From positions 2,304,001 to 2,368,000 of the forward strand of contig CAWJSJ010000002.1 of NCBI GenBank assembly GCA_963845565.1: DNA of 64,000 nucleotides, written 5' to 3'. The DNA is from an uncultured Methylomirabilota bacterium. GTDB taxonomy: Bacteria > Methylomirabilota > Methylomirabilia > Methylomirabilales > 2-02-FULL-66-22. Under the pieces are notes generated by a model. It saw only the letters and a list, made by a program, of their open reading frames with translations. It had not been told where the DNA came from and did no database searches. Position numbers and translations under genes: made by a program. Below, in pieces: positions 19,050-39,668 of the stretch (its first letter is position 1; each line of letters opens with the position of its first letter).

Positions 19050-19142
19050 GCGGACCCGCGGGAATTGCAGACCGACGCCGGGCAGGACGGGGCCCGCCAA
19101 CGAGATCGATCCCGCCCGTGGGGTGTTCGGTTTTTCGTCGTG

Positions 19143-19188
19143 TCGAGTGGAAGGCGACGGCCCACCTCAGCCGTCGCTCAGGACTCGG
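19143..19188 (+). promoter_or_regulatory. Putative L1-binding autoregulatory RNA element upstream of rplA
   Basis: CGAGT/ACTCG stem, purine-rich internal loop (GGAAG / TCAGG), GCGACGGC/GCCGTCGC stem, just 5' of the SD. Confidence 0.45.
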
Positions 19189-19206
19189 GAAAGGAGGGAG
19201 CCAGCA

Positions 19207-19926
19207 ATGGCGAAAATCGGTAAGCGGTACGTCAAGGCCGCCGAGGCGGCCAAGCAAGCCGTCGGGGTCGCCGACGGGGTGGAACTGGCGAAGGCCATCG
19301 AGGTGGCCAAGGCCAACGCAACGGCCAAGTTCGACGAGACCTTGGACATGGCGGTGCGGTTGGGTGTGGACCCAAAGCACGCCGACCAGATGGTCCGGGG
19401 AACGGTCGTGCTTCCGAACGGGACGGGAAAGAAAGTCCGGGTCCTGGTCTTCGCCAAGGGCGAGAAAGAGAAAGAGGCCCAGGAGGCGGGTGCGGACTAC
19501 GTGGGGGCGGAGGACTTTGTCGAGAAGATCCAGGGGGGGTGGCTGGATTTCGATCGGGCCATCGCCACGCCGGATGTCATGGGCCTGGTGGGTCGCCTGG
19601 GCAAGGTCCTGGGGCCCCGCGGGCTGATGCCCAACCCCAAGACCGGCACCGTCACCTTCGAGGTCGGCAAGGCGGTGCGCGAGTTCAAGGGGGGCAAGAT
19701 CGAATTCCGCGTGGAGAAGGCGGGCATCGTGCACGTGCCCTTCGGGAAGGCCTCCTTCACGCCACAGCAGCTCACGGACAACGCCTTGGCCATTCTGGAC
19801 GCCCTGCTCCGGGCCAAGCCCGCTGCGAGCAAAGGGCGGTACCTTCAAGGGGTGTCCATCTCGTCCACCATGGGCCCGGGGGTTCGGGTCGACACCAACG
19901 CCGTGCAGGCCATGGTGAAGGTCTAA
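19207..19926 (+). CDS. rplA: 50S ribosomal protein L1
   Basis: [43 protein letters not shown]. Confidence 0.98.
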   Translation: MAKIGKRYVKAAEAAKQAVGVADGVELAKAIEVAKANATAKFDETLDMAVRLGVDPKHADQMVRGTVVLPNGTGKKVRVLVFAKGEKEKEAQEAGADYVGAEDFVEKIQGGWLDFDRAIATPDVMGLVGRLGKVLGPRGLMPNPKTGTVTFEVGKAVREFKGGKIEFRVEKAGIVHVPFGKASFTPQQLTDNALAILDALLRAKPAASKGRYLQGVSISSTMGPGVRVDTNAVQAMVKV

Positions 19927-19939
19927 AGAGGAGGCTTCG

Positions 19940-20464
19940 GTGGCGCGTGAAGAGAAGGGCGCAAGCATTGCGGAACTTCGCGACAAACTCGGCAACGCCC
20001 GGGGCGCGGTCCTGACCGATTTCCGCGGCCTGAGTGTGGCCGATATCACGGAGCTTCGCACCCTCCTCCGCAAGAACGCGGTGGAGTACAAAGTCGTCAA
20101 GAACACCCTGGCCAAGCTGGCGGTCAAGGAGACCGATCTGGCGGGTCTCGCCGCCTACCTGGAGGGGCCCACGGCCGTCGCCCTGAGCCGAACGGATCCG
20201 GTGGCGGCCTCGAAGGCCGTGACCGCCTGGGCAAAGGGGCGGCCGACCTTCGTCATCAAGGGCGGGATCGTGGAGGGACGCGTCGTCGGACCGGCCGAGA
20301 TTGCCGATCTGGCTGCCCTCCCGCCGCGCGAGGTCTTGCTGGCGCGGATGGCCGGCGTGTTCCAGGCGCCGCTGCAGGGGCTGCTGCAGGTCCTCTCGGC
20401 CCCGCTGCGGGGATTGGCCAGCGTTCTCGACCAGGTCCGAAAACAAAAAGAGGGGGCGGCGTAG
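19940..20464 (+). CDS. rplJ: 50S ribosomal protein L10
   Basis: DFRGLSV..VVKNTL..GPTA..LPPREVL; GTG start with SD GAGGAGG. Confidence 0.97.
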   Translation: MAREEKGASIAELRDKLGNARGAVLTDFRGLSVADITELRTLLRKNAVEYKVVKNTLAKLAVKETDLAGLAAYLEGPTAVALSRTDPVAASKAVTAWAKGRPTFVIKGGIVEGRVVGPAEIADLAALPPREVLLARMAGVFQAPLQGLLQVLSAPLRGLASVLDQVRKQKEGAA

Positions 20465-20540
20465 CCGCCGGCGTGCCGCACCCACGAGGTGAAGGCGCTT
20501 CTGTTTCCTGAGACCAACGAGGTTCTTCAAGGAGGCTGCA

Positions 20541-20927
20541 ATGGCAAAAGTCACGATCGACGACGTGTTGGAGTCCATTGATTCCTGGACGATGCTGGAG
20601 GTGAACAATCTCGTCAAGGGGATCGAGAACAAGTACGGGATCTCGGCGGCGGCGCCGGTGGCGGTGGCCGCGGCCCCGGCGGCGGGCGGCGGCGCGGTAG
20701 CGGTGGCGGAGGAGAAGACGGAATTCAACGTCATCCTGGCCGGTGTCGGCGAGAAGAAGATCCAAGTGATCAAGGAGGTTCGCGCCATCACGGGGCTGGG
20801 CCTGAAAGAAGCCAAAGACCTGGTGGACGGCGCTCCCAAGCCGGTCAAGGAAGGAATCTCCAAGGCCGAGGCGGACGAGATCAAGAAGAAGCTCGAGGAC
20901 GCCGGGGCGACTGTCGAACTCAAGTAG
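20541..20927 (+). CDS. rplL: 50S ribosomal protein L7/L12
   Basis: Ala-rich hinge, [27 protein letters not shown]. Confidence 0.98.
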   Translation: MAKVTIDDVLESIDSWTMLEVNNLVKGIENKYGISAAAPVAVAAAPAAGGGAVAVAEEKTEFNVILAGVGEKKIQVIKEVRAITGLGLKEAKDLVDGAPKPVKEGISKAEADEIKKKLEDAGATVELK

Positions 20928-20951
20928 CTCACGCAACGAGGGGAAACGCGC

Positions 20952-24914
<3,963 letters not shown>

Positions 24915-24953
24915 TCAGGAATCGCGTCGCCGCGATTCTTAAAGGAGTTGCCG

Positions 24954-29060
<4,107 letters not shown>

Positions 29061-29075
29061 CGGCCGAGAAACCCC

Positions 29076-29104
29076 TTGACAAACCGGGGCCGCCCACGTA
29101 GACT
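29076..29104 (+). promoter_or_regulatory. Sigma70 promoter of the str operon
   Basis: TTGACA (29076-29081), 17 bp, TAGACT (29099-29104). Confidence 0.75.
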
Positions 29105-29139
29105 CCCCCGGTTCTTTTCATTCGGCACGGAAGAGGAAT

Positions 29140-29517
29140 ATGCCAACCATTTCACAGCTGGTCCGACGGGGGCGCGCCGCGCTCCCCAAGAAGCAGAAGG
29201 CGCCCGCCCTGCAGAGTTGCCCGCAGAAGCGCGGGGTGTGCGTCCGGGTGTACACCACCACCCCGAAGAAGCCGAATTCGGCCCTGCGTAAGGTGGCCCG
29301 TGTCCGACTGACCAATCAGATCGAGGTGACGACTTACATCCCGGGCGTCGGCCATAATCTGCAAGAGCACTCCATCGTGCTGATCCGGGGCGGCCGCGTG
29401 AAGGACCTGCCCGGGGTGCGCTATCACATCATCCGGGGCGCGCTGGATACCGCGGGCGTGTCCGATCGAAAGCAATCGCGGTCCCTGTACGGGGCCAAGC
29501 GACCGAAGACCAGTTAA
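29140..29517 (+). CDS. rpsL: 30S ribosomal protein S12
   Basis: [21 protein letters not shown]. Confidence 0.99.
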   Translation: MPTISQLVRRGRAALPKKQKAPALQSCPQKRGVCVRVYTTTPKKPNSALRKVARVRLTNQIEVTTYIPGVGHNLQEHSIVLIRGGRVKDLPGVRYHIIRGALDTAGVSDRKQSRSLYGAKRPKTS

Positions 29518-29522
29518 CACAG

Positions 29523-29574
29523 CCGGCACCGGGGGTCAGGGGCGCCCTTCCGCCCCCCGGTGCCGGTTTCTTCT
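29523..29574 (+). terminator. Terminator-like hairpin between rpsL and rpsG
   Basis: CCGGCACCGGGGG (29523-29535) / CCCCCGGTGCCGG (29554-29566), then TTTCTTCT. Confidence 0.5.
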
Positions 29575-29622
29575 CTCCGACAGTCCGCCGAAAACATCGG
29601 ACCGTGTTGCGAGGAGCCGGGG

Positions 29623-30093
29623 ATGCCGCGACGAAAGGTTGCCGAGAAGCGCGAGATCTTGCCTGATCCCGTTTACGGCAGCAAGCTGGTGACCAAGTTC
29701 GTGAACTCGATGATGGCCAAGGGCAAGCGGAGCACGGCGGAGCGGATCTTCTACGGCTGCATGCGCCTGATCGAAGACCGCACCAAGACGGATCCGCAGA
29801 AGCTCTTCAAGCAGGCCGTCGACAACGTCAAGCCGGTGGTGGAGGTGAAGTCCCGCCGCGTGGGCGGCGCCACCTACCAGGTCCCGGTCGAGGTGCGGCC
29901 CGACCGGCGGACGTCGCTGGCGCTGCGCTGGGTGATCGGGTACGCCCGGAACCGCACCGAGAAGACGATGCAGGAGCGGTTGGCGGCGGAGCTGATCGAG
30001 GCGGCCAACAACCGCGGCTCGTCGGTCAAGAAACGCGAAGATACGCACAAGATGGCGGATGCCAACAAGGCCTTCGCTCATTATCGCTGGTAG
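29623..30093 (+). CDS. rpsG: 30S ribosomal protein S7
   Basis: [34 protein letters not shown]. Confidence 0.98.
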   Translation: MPRRKVAEKREILPDPVYGSKLVTKFVNSMMAKGKRSTAERIFYGCMRLIEDRTKTDPQKLFKQAVDNVKPVVEVKSRRVGGATYQVPVEVRPDRRTSLALRWVIGYARNRTEKTMQERLAAELIEAANNRGSSVKKREDTHKMADANKAFAHYRW

Positions 30094-30123
30094 GCACGCG
30101 GCACCGATAGGCAGGTTTGAATC

Positions 30124-32214
30124 GTGGTGGAAACGTTCTCCCTGGCGCGAACCCGGAATATCGGCATCATGGCGCACATCGATGCCGGTAAGACGACGAC
30201 GACCGAGCGGATCTTGTACTATACGGGCAAGACCCACAAGATCGGCGAAGTCCACGAGGGTTCGACCGAGATGGATTGGATGGAGCAGGAGAAGGAGCGG
30301 GGGATCACCATTACCTCCGCTGCCACGACCTGCTTCTGGAACGACTACCGGATCAACATCATCGATACGCCGGGCCACGTGGATTTCACCGTGGAGGTGG
30401 AGCGGTCGCTTCGGGTGCTGGACGGGGCCGTGGCGGTGTTCGATGCGGTGTCCGGGGTAGAGCCCCAATCGGAAACCGTCTGGCGCCAGGCCGACAAATA
30501 CGGCGTTCCCCGTATCGCCTTCATCAACAAGATGGATCGGATGGGAGCCGACTTCGAGCGCTCGGTGGCGATGATCGCCGAGCGACTGGGGGCCAACCCG
30601 GTCTGCGTCCAGCTCCCTCTCGGCAAGGAAGACAAGCTGCGAGGGATCGTGGATGTCGTCGAGATGAAGGCGTTCGTGTGGGAGGAGGAAACGCTCGGCG
30701 CGGCCTATCACGAAGAGCCCATCCCGGCGGACGTTCAGGCCGCTGCGACGGCCGCCCGGGAACGCCTGGTGGAGGCGGTGGCGGATCAGGACGAGCAGTT
30801 GATGCAGAAGTACGTGGCCGGGGAGCCGGCAACGGGTGCCGAGATCCAGGCCGCGCTGCGCCGCGCCACGCTGCGTCTCACGGCGGTGCCTGTCCTGTGC
30901 GGATCGGCCTTCAAGAATAAGGGGGTCCAGGCGCTGCTGGATGCGGTCGTGGCGTATCTGCCGTCTCCGCTGGACCTGCCGCCGGTGGTGGGCAAGAACC
31001 CCAAGACCGGAGCCGAGGAACGGCGCGAGCCGACGGACAGTGCCCCCTTTTCGGCCCTGGTCTTCAAGATCATGGCCGACCCGTTCGTAGGGCAATTGGC
31101 CTTCTTCCGCGTCTACTCGGGAGCGCTTGACGCCGGCTCGTATCTGTATAACTCCACGCGCGGCACCAAGGAGCGAGTGGGCCGTCTCCTCCGGATGCAC
31201 GCCAACAAGCGGGAAGACGTCAAGCGGGTGGCGGCGGGGGATATCGCCGCGGCCGTGGGGCTGCGGAACGCCAAGACGGGCGACACGCTGTGCGTGGAGA
31301 ATAAACCGATCGTATTGGAAGCGATCGAATTTCCCGAGCCGGTGGTGTCCGTGGCGATCGAGCCCAAGACCAAGGACGGCCAGGAGCGGCTCTCCATGGC
31401 CCTGGCGGCCCTGTCCAACGAGGACCCGACCTTCCGCGCCACCACGGACGAAGAGATGGGGCAGACCATTATCTCGGGAATGGGGGAGTTGCACCTCGAG
31501 ATCATCGTCGACCGTCTTCTTCGGGAATTCCGCGTCGAGGCGAACGTGGGGAAGCCGCAGGTCGCCTACCGCGAGACGGTCACGACGCCCGTCTCGGCCG
31601 AGGGTCGCTTTATCCGGCAGACGGGCGGGCGGGGACAATACGGCCACGTCAAGATTCAGCTCGAGCCGCTACCAGGGGGCGGTTTCGAGTTTGCGAACAA
31701 GATCATCGGGGGGACCATCCCGAAGGAGTACATCCCCGCTGTTGAGAAGGGGATTCGCGAGGCGATGGAGGGCGGCGTTCTGGCGGGGTACCCGGTGGTG
31801 GACGCCCGCGTGACGCTCTACGACGGCTCCTTCCACGAGGTGGACTCGTCGGAGATGGCCTTCAAGATCGCCGGGTCGATGGCCTTCAAGGATGGGGCGC
31901 GGCGGGCCAAGCCGAGCTTGCTCGAGCCCATCATGCGCTTCGACGTGATCGTTCCGGAGGAGTTTGTCGGCCAAGTGATTGGCGACCTCAATTCGCGCCG
32001 AGGGCGCGTGCTGGAGATCGAGGCGCGACCGGCGGCGCAGGTGGTGCGTTCCGAGGTCCCGCTGGCAGAGCTGTTCGGCTATGCCACGGATATGCGCTCG
32101 GCCACCCAGGGGCGCGCCAGCCATACGCCGTTCCAGTTTGCCCGGTACCAGCCGGTGCCGGCGCAGATCGCCGAGGAGATCGTCGCGAAGGTGGGTGGTC
32201 GCACGGTCGCCTGA
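30124..32214 (+). CDS. fusA: Elongation factor G
   Basis: [33 protein letters not shown]; canonical str-operon position. Confidence 0.98.
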   Translation: MVETFSLARTRNIGIMAHIDAGKTTTTERILYYTGKTHKIGEVHEGSTEMDWMEQEKERGITITSAATTCFWNDYRINIIDTPGHVDFTVEVERSLRVLDGAVAVFDAVSGVEPQSETVWRQADKYGVPRIAFINKMDRMGADFERSVAMIAERLGANPVCVQLPLGKEDKLRGIVDVVEMKAFVWEEETLGAAYHEEPIPADVQAAATAARERLVEAVADQDEQLMQKYVAGEPATGAEIQAALRRATLRLTAVPVLCGSAFKNKGVQALLDAVVAYLPSPLDLPPVVGKNPKTGAEERREPTDSAPFSALVFKIMADPFVGQLAFFRVYSGALDAGSYLYNSTRGTKERVGRLLRMHANKREDVKRVAAGDIAAAVGLRNAKTGDTLCVENKPIVLEAIEFPEPVVSVAIEPKTKDGQERLSMALAALSNEDPTFRATTDEEMGQTIISGMGELHLEIIVDRLLREFRVEANVGKPQVAYRETVTTPVSAEGRFIRQTGGRGQYGHVKIQLEPLPGGGFEFANKIIGGTIPKEYIPAVEKGIREAMEGGVLAGYPVVDARVTLYDGSFHEVDSSEMAFKIAGSMAFKDGARRAKPSLLEPIMRFDVIVPEEFVGQVIGDLNSRRGRVLEIEARPAAQVVRSEVPLAELFGYATDMRSATQGRASHTPFQFARYQPVPAQIAEEIVAKVGGRTVA

Positions 32215-32275
32215 CCGCGGCGATCCCCAGATAGGTGCCCGCGCCGAGACGCGGGGAGGATGGGGGGCTCCGGCC

Positions 32276-33509
<1,234 letters not shown>

Positions 33510-33558
33510 CACGGCAGACGAACGCGGCACAGGCCCAGAGCGGCCGTCAGGTACCCGA

Positions 33559-33867
33559 ATGGACAACCAGAAGATTCGCATCAAGCTGAAGGCGTACGAC
33601 CACCGACTGTTGGACCAGGCGGTGAAAGACATCGTGGGCACGGTGGAACGGTCCGGGGCGTTGATCTCCGGTCCCGTCCCCTTGCCGACCAAGATCAGCC
33701 GGTACACGGTGCTCCGTTCTCCCCACGTGGACAAGAAGTCGCGGGAGCAATTCGAGATCCGAACCCATGTCCGGATGATGGATATCGTGCAACCCACGCC
33801 GCAGACGGTGGACCAGCTCATGCGGCTGGACCTGCCGGCCGGAGTGGACGTCGAGATCAAACTCTAA
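33559..33867 (+). CDS. rpsJ: 30S ribosomal protein S10
   Basis: [24 protein letters not shown]. Confidence 0.98.
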   Translation: MDNQKIRIKLKAYDHRLLDQAVKDIVGTVERSGALISGPVPLPTKISRYTVLRSPHVDKKSREQFEIRTHVRMMDIVQPTPQTVDQLMRLDLPAGVDVEIKL

Positions 33868-33943
33868 GCGGTGTCCGGACCTTTTCGGGCGGCCTTTTCG
33901 AATTGACGAGGCGCCCGGCACCGGACCCATGGCGTGTGTGGCG

Positions 33944-34573
33944 ATGGCGATCGGGTTGGTAGGGCGCAAGGTCGGCATGACGCAAGTGTTTGACGAGCGC
34001 GGGAAGGCCGTGCCCGTGACGGTGATCCAGGCGGGGCCCTGTCCGGTGGTGCAACGGAAGACGACGGACCGGGACGGGTACGAGGCCATCCAGATCGGCT
34101 TCGAGTCGCAACCGAACAAGAACCGGGTCACCCGCCCCGTGCGGGGCCACTTTGACAAGGCGCAGGCGGCCTACCAGCGGTTCCTGCGGGAGATCCGCCT
34201 GGTCGGCGGCGAAGGCGAGCTCGCCGTCGGTCAGGTCTTGACCGTCAGCCTGTTCACCGCCGGCGAACGGGTGAGGGTGTCCGGCACCACCAAAGGGCGC
34301 GGATTTCAGGGCGGCGTGAAGCGCTGGAAGTACAAGGGCGGCCCGGAGACGCACGGGTCGATGTTCCACCGAGCGCCGGGCTCCATCGGGGCGTCGTCGT
34401 ACCCATCCCGGGTGTTCCGAGGACATCACCTGCCCGGCCACATGGGGGCGGAGCGCCAGACGGTGCGCGGTCTGCGGGTGGTGTCGGTGGATGCCGAGAA
34501 CAACTTGGTGCTGATCGAAGGGGCCGTCCCTGGGCCGACAGGCGGCGTGGTCACGATCCAGAAGGGCAAGTAA
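33944..34573 (+). CDS. rplC: 50S ribosomal protein L3
   Basis: GRKVGMTQVF, KGRGFQG, HRAPGSIG. Confidence 0.97.
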   Translation: MAIGLVGRKVGMTQVFDERGKAVPVTVIQAGPCPVVQRKTTDRDGYEAIQIGFESQPNKNRVTRPVRGHFDKAQAAYQRFLREIRLVGGEGELAVGQVLTVSLFTAGERVRVSGTTKGRGFQGGVKRWKYKGGPETHGSMFHRAPGSIGASSYPSRVFRGHHLPGHMGAERQTVRGLRVVSVDAENNLVLIEGAVPGPTGGVVTIQKGK

Positions 34574-34621
34574 GGACCGAATTCCCTCCCGCGGCGAGCC
34601 CGGGGGGGACCGGATGGGCTG

Positions 34622-35251
34622 ATGGCGACAATCGTGGATGTGGTCAACGGAAAGAACGAGACGGTGGACCGCTGCGAGCTTCCCGAAGCGATCTTCGGAG
34701 CGCCCGTGAAACCGCATCTGCTCCACGACGTGGTGCGGATGCAGCTGGCGAATCGGCGCCAGGGCACGGCGGACACCAAGGGGCGGGCGGAGGTCAGCGG
34801 CGGTGGGAAGAAGCCCTGGAAGCAGAAGGGGACGGGTCGGGCCCGGGCGGGAACGACGCGGTCCCCGCTCTGGAGGCACGGCGGCACGGTGTTTGGGCCG
34901 CACCCACGCTCGTACGCCTACGAGGTCCCCAAGGCGGTTCGGCGACAAGCGCTGCTGGCGGCCCTGACGACCAAGGCGCAATCCGGGTCGGTCCGGATCG
35001 TGGAATCGCTGAGCTTGGAGCGGCCCAGTACCAAGACCATGGTGGGCCTCCTGAAGGGCGCCGGGGTGACCGGGAAGGCGTTGGTGGTCCTGCCGGCGCG
35101 GGACGAGGCGCTGGAGAAGTCGGCACGGAATCTGCCCACGGTGCGGGTCCTGACGGTCCAGGGGCTCAACGTCTACGACGTCCTCAGGGCGGACACCTTG
35201 GTCCTGACGCCGGAAGGTGTGCAGACCTTGCGGGAGGTGCTGGCGCCATGA
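34622..35251 (+). CDS. rplD: 50S ribosomal protein L4
   Basis: KPWKQKGTGRARAG. Confidence 0.98.
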   Translation: MATIVDVVNGKNETVDRCELPEAIFGAPVKPHLLHDVVRMQLANRRQGTADTKGRAEVSGGGKKPWKQKGTGRARAGTTRSPLWRHGGTVFGPHPRSYAYEVPKAVRRQALLAALTTKAQSGSVRIVESLSLERPSTKTMVGLLKGAGVTGKALVVLPARDEALEKSARNLPTVRVLTVQGLNVYDVLRADTLVLTPEGVQTLREVLAP

Positions 35252-35538
35252 AGGGAGCCTATCAGGTCGTGCAGAAGCCCCTCCTGACCGAGAAGGGGAC
35301 GCGGCTCCGGGAAGAAGGGAACCAGTTCCTCTTCCGGGTGGCGAAGCGCGCCAACAAGGTGGAGATCAAGCAGGCCATCGAAACCCTGTTCAAGGTCACG
35401 GTGGTGGACGTGCGAACGCTCCCAGTGCGCGGGAAGAAGAAGCGGCTGGGTAAATTCCAAGGGAAGCAAGCGGATTGGAAGAAAGCGATCGCGACTCTGA
35501 AGGCGGGCGATTCCATCGAGCTGTACGAAGGCGTGTAA
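35248..35538 (+). CDS. rplW: 50S ribosomal protein L23
   Basis: PLLTEK..ANKVEIKQAIE..WKKAI. Confidence 0.97.
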   Translation: MKGAYQVVQKPLLTEKGTRLREEGNQFLFRVAKRANKVEIKQAIETLFKVTVVDVRTLPVRGKKKRLGKFQGKQADWKKAIATLKAGDSIELYEGV

Positions 35539-35571
35539 CGCAGAGCCGAGTGCCGAGAGAAGGACGCGACG

Positions 35572-36390
35572 ATGCCTGTACGCAAATACCGACCGACCTC
35601 CCCAGGACGACGGTTCCAGAGTGTCTCCACTTTCGAGGAGGTCACCAAGCGGACCCCCGAGAAGTCGCTGCTCACGCCCTTGCGCAAGACCGGCGGGCGG
35701 AATGCCCTGGGCCGGGTGACCTGTCGCCATCATGGGGGCGGCCACAAGCGCATGTACCGGCTGATCGATTTCCGGCGGGAGAAGTTGGGCGTGCCGGCCA
35801 AGGTGGTGGCGGTGGAGTACGATCCGAACCGCTCCTCCCGCATCGCCCTGCTGCATTACGCCGACGGCGAGAAGCGATATATCCTGGCTCCCCTCGGTCT
35901 GGCGGTCGGGGATCAGGTCATGTCCGGCCCGGACGCCGAGGTGCGGGTCGGGAACGCTCTGCCGTTGCGCAATATCCCGGTGGGCCTGAACGTGCACAAC
36001 GTAGAGCTCCAGCCCGGGCAGGGGGCACGCCTGGTGCGAACTGCGGGGGGGATGGCACAGTTCGTGGCCAAGGAGGGGGATCACGGCCTGCTGCGGTTGC
36101 CCTCCGGCGAGATGCGGAAGGTCCGGCTGGAGTGCATGGCCACGGTGGGCCAGGTGGGTAACCTGGAGCATGAGAACGTGTCCATCGGGAAGGCCGGCCG
36201 GTCGCGCTGGATGGGGGTCCGTCCCTCGGTACGCGGCGTGGCCATGAACCCCCATGACCACCCGATGGGTGGCGGCGAAGGGAAGAGCTCCGGCGGGCGC
36301 CACCCGTGCAGTCCCTGGGGGAAGCGCGAGGTGAAGACCCGGAAGCGGGGGAAGTTCTCCGATCGGTACATCGTGAAGCGGCGGAAGTAG
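35572..36390 (+). CDS. rplB: 50S ribosomal protein L2
   Basis: [24 protein letters not shown]. Confidence 0.98.
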   Translation: MPVRKYRPTSPGRRFQSVSTFEEVTKRTPEKSLLTPLRKTGGRNALGRVTCRHHGGGHKRMYRLIDFRREKLGVPAKVVAVEYDPNRSSRIALLHYADGEKRYILAPLGLAVGDQVMSGPDAEVRVGNALPLRNIPVGLNVHNVELQPGQGARLVRTAGGMAQFVAKEGDHGLLRLPSGEMRKVRLECMATVGQVGNLEHENVSIGKAGRSRWMGVRPSVRGVAMNPHDHPMGGGEGKSSGGRHPCSPWGKREVKTRKRGKFSDRYIVKRRK

Positions 36391-36447
36391 TCGGTCGCCC
36401 GGCGCGTCCCCCGGACACGGTCCGGTGGCGCGGCAGACGGAGGCAGC

Positions 36448-36732
36448 GTGGCGCGGTCACTGAAGAAGGGCCCGTACATCGAGCCCAAACTGGTCAAGCG
36501 CATCGACGACATGAACCGGGCGCGTGAGAAGAAGGTCGTCAAGACCTGGTCTCGGCGCTCGACGATCTCGCCCGAGTTCGTCGGGCACACGCTGGCAGTG
36601 CACAACGGGAAGAAGTTCATCCCGGTGTACGTCAGCGAGAACATGGTGGGGCATAAGCTGGGCGAGTTCTCGCCCACCCGCACCTTCCGCGGCCACAGCG
36701 CGCACACCGCCAAGAGCACCGCGCCGAAGTAG
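36448..36732 (+). CDS. rpsS: 30S ribosomal protein S19
   Basis: [24 protein letters not shown]. Confidence 0.98.
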   Translation: MARSLKKGPYIEPKLVKRIDDMNRAREKKVVKTWSRRSTISPEFVGHTLAVHNGKKFIPVYVSENMVGHKLGEFSPTRTFRGHSAHTAKSTAPK

Positions 36733-36805
36733 CGGGGACGACAGATTGGCCCGTCGGGGGCGATCCGCCATAGGCGGATCCGGCGCCGGCGGCCGGGGTC
36801 ATGAC

Positions 36806-37153
36806 ATGGCAGAAGCCAGAGCAGTTGCGCGGTTTGTTCGGGTGCCGGCCCAGAAGGCCCGCCTCGTCGTGGATCTGATCCGAGGGAAGGACGTGAATAG
36901 CGCCTTGGTGCAGGTCCAGGTGGCAAAACGCCAGGCGGCGCGCCTCGTGGAGAAGGTTTTGCGGTCGGCCATGGCGAACGCCACACAGAACCACGGCGTG
37001 CGGGACGTGGACCGACTGGTGGTGAGCGAGGCCTTTGTGAACGAGGGGCCGACCCAGAAGCGCATCCAGCCTCGCGCCATGGGACGGGCCTTCCGGATCC
37101 GGAAGCGCAGCAGCCACATTACCATCGTGTTGCAAGAGCGCGGGCAGGGCTAG
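36806..37153 (+). CDS. rplV: 50S ribosomal protein L22
   Basis: [26 protein letters not shown]. Confidence 0.97.
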   Translation: MAEARAVARFVRVPAQKARLVVDLIRGKDVNSALVQVQVAKRQAARLVEKVLRSAMANATQNHGVRDVDRLVVSEAFVNEGPTQKRIQPRAMGRAFRIRKRSSHITIVLQERGQG

Positions 37154-37215
37154 CAGTGGGCTTCGCCCCCGTTGCGGTCCGCGGCGCGGACCGAGGCGGG
37201 GCGAGGGAGGACGGC

Positions 37216-37950
37216 GTGGGACAGAAGACGCACCCCTTGGGATTTCGCTTGGGCGTCATCAAAACGTGGCGCTCGCGCTGGTACGCCGGCCGGAACTACG
37301 CCGACACGCTGCACGAAGACCTTCGGCTGCGGCGCTACATCAAGGAACGCCTCTTTCATTCGGGGGTGTCCCGTATCGAGATCGAGCGGAAGGCCGACCA
37401 GATCCGGATCATCATTCACACGGCGCGGCCCGGTATCATCATCGGGAAAAAGGGTTCCGAAGTCGAGAAACTCCGCGGCGAACTGGGAAAGATGACGAAG
37501 AAGGAAGTGCGGCTGGACATCGAAGAGGTCCGCAAGGCCGAGACGGACGCCCAGTTGGTGGCGGAGCAGATCGCGCAGCAGTTGGAGCGGCGGGTGGCCT
37601 TCCGCCGCGCCATGAAGAAGGCGGTCCAATCGGCCATGCGGCTGGGGGCCCAGGGGGTCAAGGTGGCGTGCGCCGGGCGACTGGCGGGGGCCGAGATTGC
37701 TCGGTCGGAATGGTACCGCGAGGGGCGCGTGCCCCTGCACACGCTGCGGGCCGATATTGACTTCGGGCTGACGAACGCCACGACCACATATGGGATCATC
37801 GGGGTGAAGGCCTGGGTGTTTCACGGCGAGGTCCTTCCCGAGACCCTGGGGGTCGAGACCAAACCGGCGGAGCGTTTGCGGGATACCCGCCCACCGGCCG
37901 ATCGCCAGCGGCGACGCCGGACGCCCGGCCCCTCACCGTCGCAGGGCTGA
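37216..37950 (+). CDS. rpsC: 30S ribosomal protein S3
   Basis: [39 protein letters not shown] start with SD GGAGG. Confidence 0.98.
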   Translation: MGQKTHPLGFRLGVIKTWRSRWYAGRNYADTLHEDLRLRRYIKERLFHSGVSRIEIERKADQIRIIIHTARPGIIIGKKGSEVEKLRGELGKMTKKEVRLDIEEVRKAETDAQLVAEQIAQQLERRVAFRRAMKKAVQSAMRLGAQGVKVACAGRLAGAEIARSEWYREGRVPLHTLRADIDFGLTNATTTYGIIGVKAWVFHGEVLPETLGVETKPAERLRDTRPPADRQRRRRTPGPSPSQG

Positions 37951-37968
37951 CGAGGGTAGGAGCAACAG

Positions 37969-38391
37969 ATGCTGGTTCCCAAGCGGGTAAAGTACCGAAA
38001 GCAACAACGGGGCAGGCGGTCCGGACTGGCCATTCGGGGAAGTTCCCTGGCCTTCGGCGAGTACGGCCTGAAAGCCCTGGAGGCGGCCTGGATCACCAAT
38101 CGCCAGATCGAGGCGGCCCGCCGCGCCATGACCCGGTATGTGAAGCGGGGCGGCAAGGTGTGGATCCGGCTGTTCCCGGATAAGCCCATCACCCACAAGC
38201 CCGCGGAAACCCGTATGGGAAAGGGGAAGGGCGCGCCGGAAGGCTGGGTAGCTGTGGTCAAGCCCGGCCGCATCCTCTACGAGATGGAAGGGATTTCCGA
38301 GACCGAGGCGAAGGAGGCCATGCGGCTCGCCGCCATGAAGCTGCCCATCGCCACTCGGTTCGTGGCTCGGAAGCCGACGGGAGCCGTGTGA
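37969..38391 (+). CDS. rplP: 50S ribosomal protein L16
   Basis: [16 protein letters not shown]. Confidence 0.98.
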   Translation: MLVPKRVKYRKQQRGRRSGLAIRGSSLAFGEYGLKALEAAWITNRQIEAARRAMTRYVKRGGKVWIRLFPDKPITHKPAETRMGKGKGAPEGWVAVVKPGRILYEMEGISETEAKEAMRLAAMKLPIATRFVARKPTGAV

Positions 38392-38600
38392 TGAAGTACG
38401 CCGAGCTGAAGGACCTGACGACGGAGGAGCTCCGTCAGAAGGAGGCCGGGCTCCACGAGGAGCTGTTCAAGTTGCGCCTTCGCCAGGCCACGGCCCAGGT
38501 AGAGAATCCCATGCGAATCCGGCAGCTGCGCCGGGACATCGCCCGGATTCGGACGGCCCAGCGCGCCCTGACGGGATCGCTGGGCAAGGGAGGGTCATAG
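38391..38600 (+). CDS. rpmC: 50S ribosomal protein L29
   Basis: [27 protein letters not shown] overlap with rplP. Confidence 0.95.
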   Translation: MKYAELKDLTTEELRQKEAGLHEELFKLRLRQATAQVENPMRIRQLRRDIARIRTAQRALTGSLGKGGS

Positions 38601-38601
38601 G

Positions 38602-38862
38602 ATGGCGGAGGAGCGCGGCCGACGTCAAACGACCGTCGGCACCGTCGTCAGCGACAAGATGCAGAAGACGGTGGTGGTGGAGATTGCCCGGTTGGTGCGC
38701 CACCTGGGGTACAGCCGCATGGTGAGTCGCAAGACGCGGGTCAAGGCGCACGACGAGCAGGATGCGTGTCACGTCGGTGATACGGTCCGCCTGATGGAGA
38801 CACGACCGCTTTCGAAAGACAAGCGGTGGCGCGTAGTCGAGGTGCTGCAGAAGGCCGTCTAA
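38602..38862 (+). CDS. rpsQ: 30S ribosomal protein S17
   Basis: [25 protein letters not shown]. Confidence 0.97.
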   Translation: MAEERGRRQTTVGTVVSDKMQKTVVVEIARLVRHLGYSRMVSRKTRVKAHDEQDACHVGDTVRLMETRPLSKDKRWRVVEVLQKAV

Positions 38863-38928
38863 GGTATTTTCCGGCCCTCGGCGACCGCAGGCGGCGGACC
38901 GGGTCGGGGCGACAGACAGGGAAGAGCC

Positions 38929-39297
38929 ATGATCGGCCTCCGAACGATTCTGGATGTGGCGGACAATTCCGGGGCGAAGCGCATCTCGATTATCAAGGTC
39001 CTGGGAGGGTCCGCCAAGCGATACGCCCGGCTGGGCGATATCATCGTGGCGAATGTGAAGGAAGCGGTCCCCGACGGGTCGGTGCGGAAGGGGGCCGTGG
39101 TGAAAGCCGTGGTGGTCCGGACGGTGAAAGAGAAGCGCCGGCCCGACGGCAGCTACATCAAGTTCGACCGCAATGCGGCCGTCCTCATCGATGAACACAA
39201 CGATCCGGTCGGGACGCGGATCTTCGGTCCCGTGGCGCGTGAGCTACGGGAGGCCCGGTTCATGAAGATCATCTCCTTGGCACCGGAAGTCATCTGA
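38929..39297 (+). CDS. rplN: 50S ribosomal protein L14
   Basis: [20 protein letters not shown]. Confidence 0.98.
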   Translation: MIGLRTILDVADNSGAKRISIIKVLGGSAKRYARLGDIIVANVKEAVPDGSVRKGAVVKAVVVRTVKEKRRPDGSYIKFDRNAAVLIDEHNDPVGTRIFGPVARELREARFMKIISLAPEVI

Positions 39298-39335
39298 CAG
39301 GTCCGAGGCGGAGGCGCATTTCTCGGGAGTGGATC

Positions 39336-39665
39336 ATGGGCGTGGGACATCGGCTGGCAGTGCAAAAGAACGACCAGGTCGAAGTGATTGCCGGGAAGGA
39401 CAAGGGCAAGCGTGGCAAAGTCCTTCGCGTCCTTCCGAAGCTGGACAAGATCCTGGTCGAGAAGATCAATTTCGTCAAGCGGCACACCAAGCCGGGCGGC
39501 ATGAGCCAGCGGGGAGGGATTGTGGAGAAAGAGAATCCCCTGCATGTCTCCAACGTCCAGTTGGTGTGCGGGAAGTGCGACCGCCCGGTGCGGGTGGGAC
39601 GCACGCAACTAGCCGACGGACGGAGGGTCCGGGTGTGCCGCGAGTGCGGCGAGACAATGGAATAG
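39336..39665 (+). CDS. rplX: 50S ribosomal protein L24
   Basis: VIAGKDKGKRG, HVSNV, CGKC..CREC. Confidence 0.97.
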   Translation: MGVGHRLAVQKNDQVEVIAGKDKGKRGKVLRVLPKLDKILVEKINFVKRHTKPGGMSQRGGIVEKENPLHVSNVQLVCGKCDRPVRVGRTQLADGRRVRVCRECGETME

Positions 39666-39668
39666 GCC

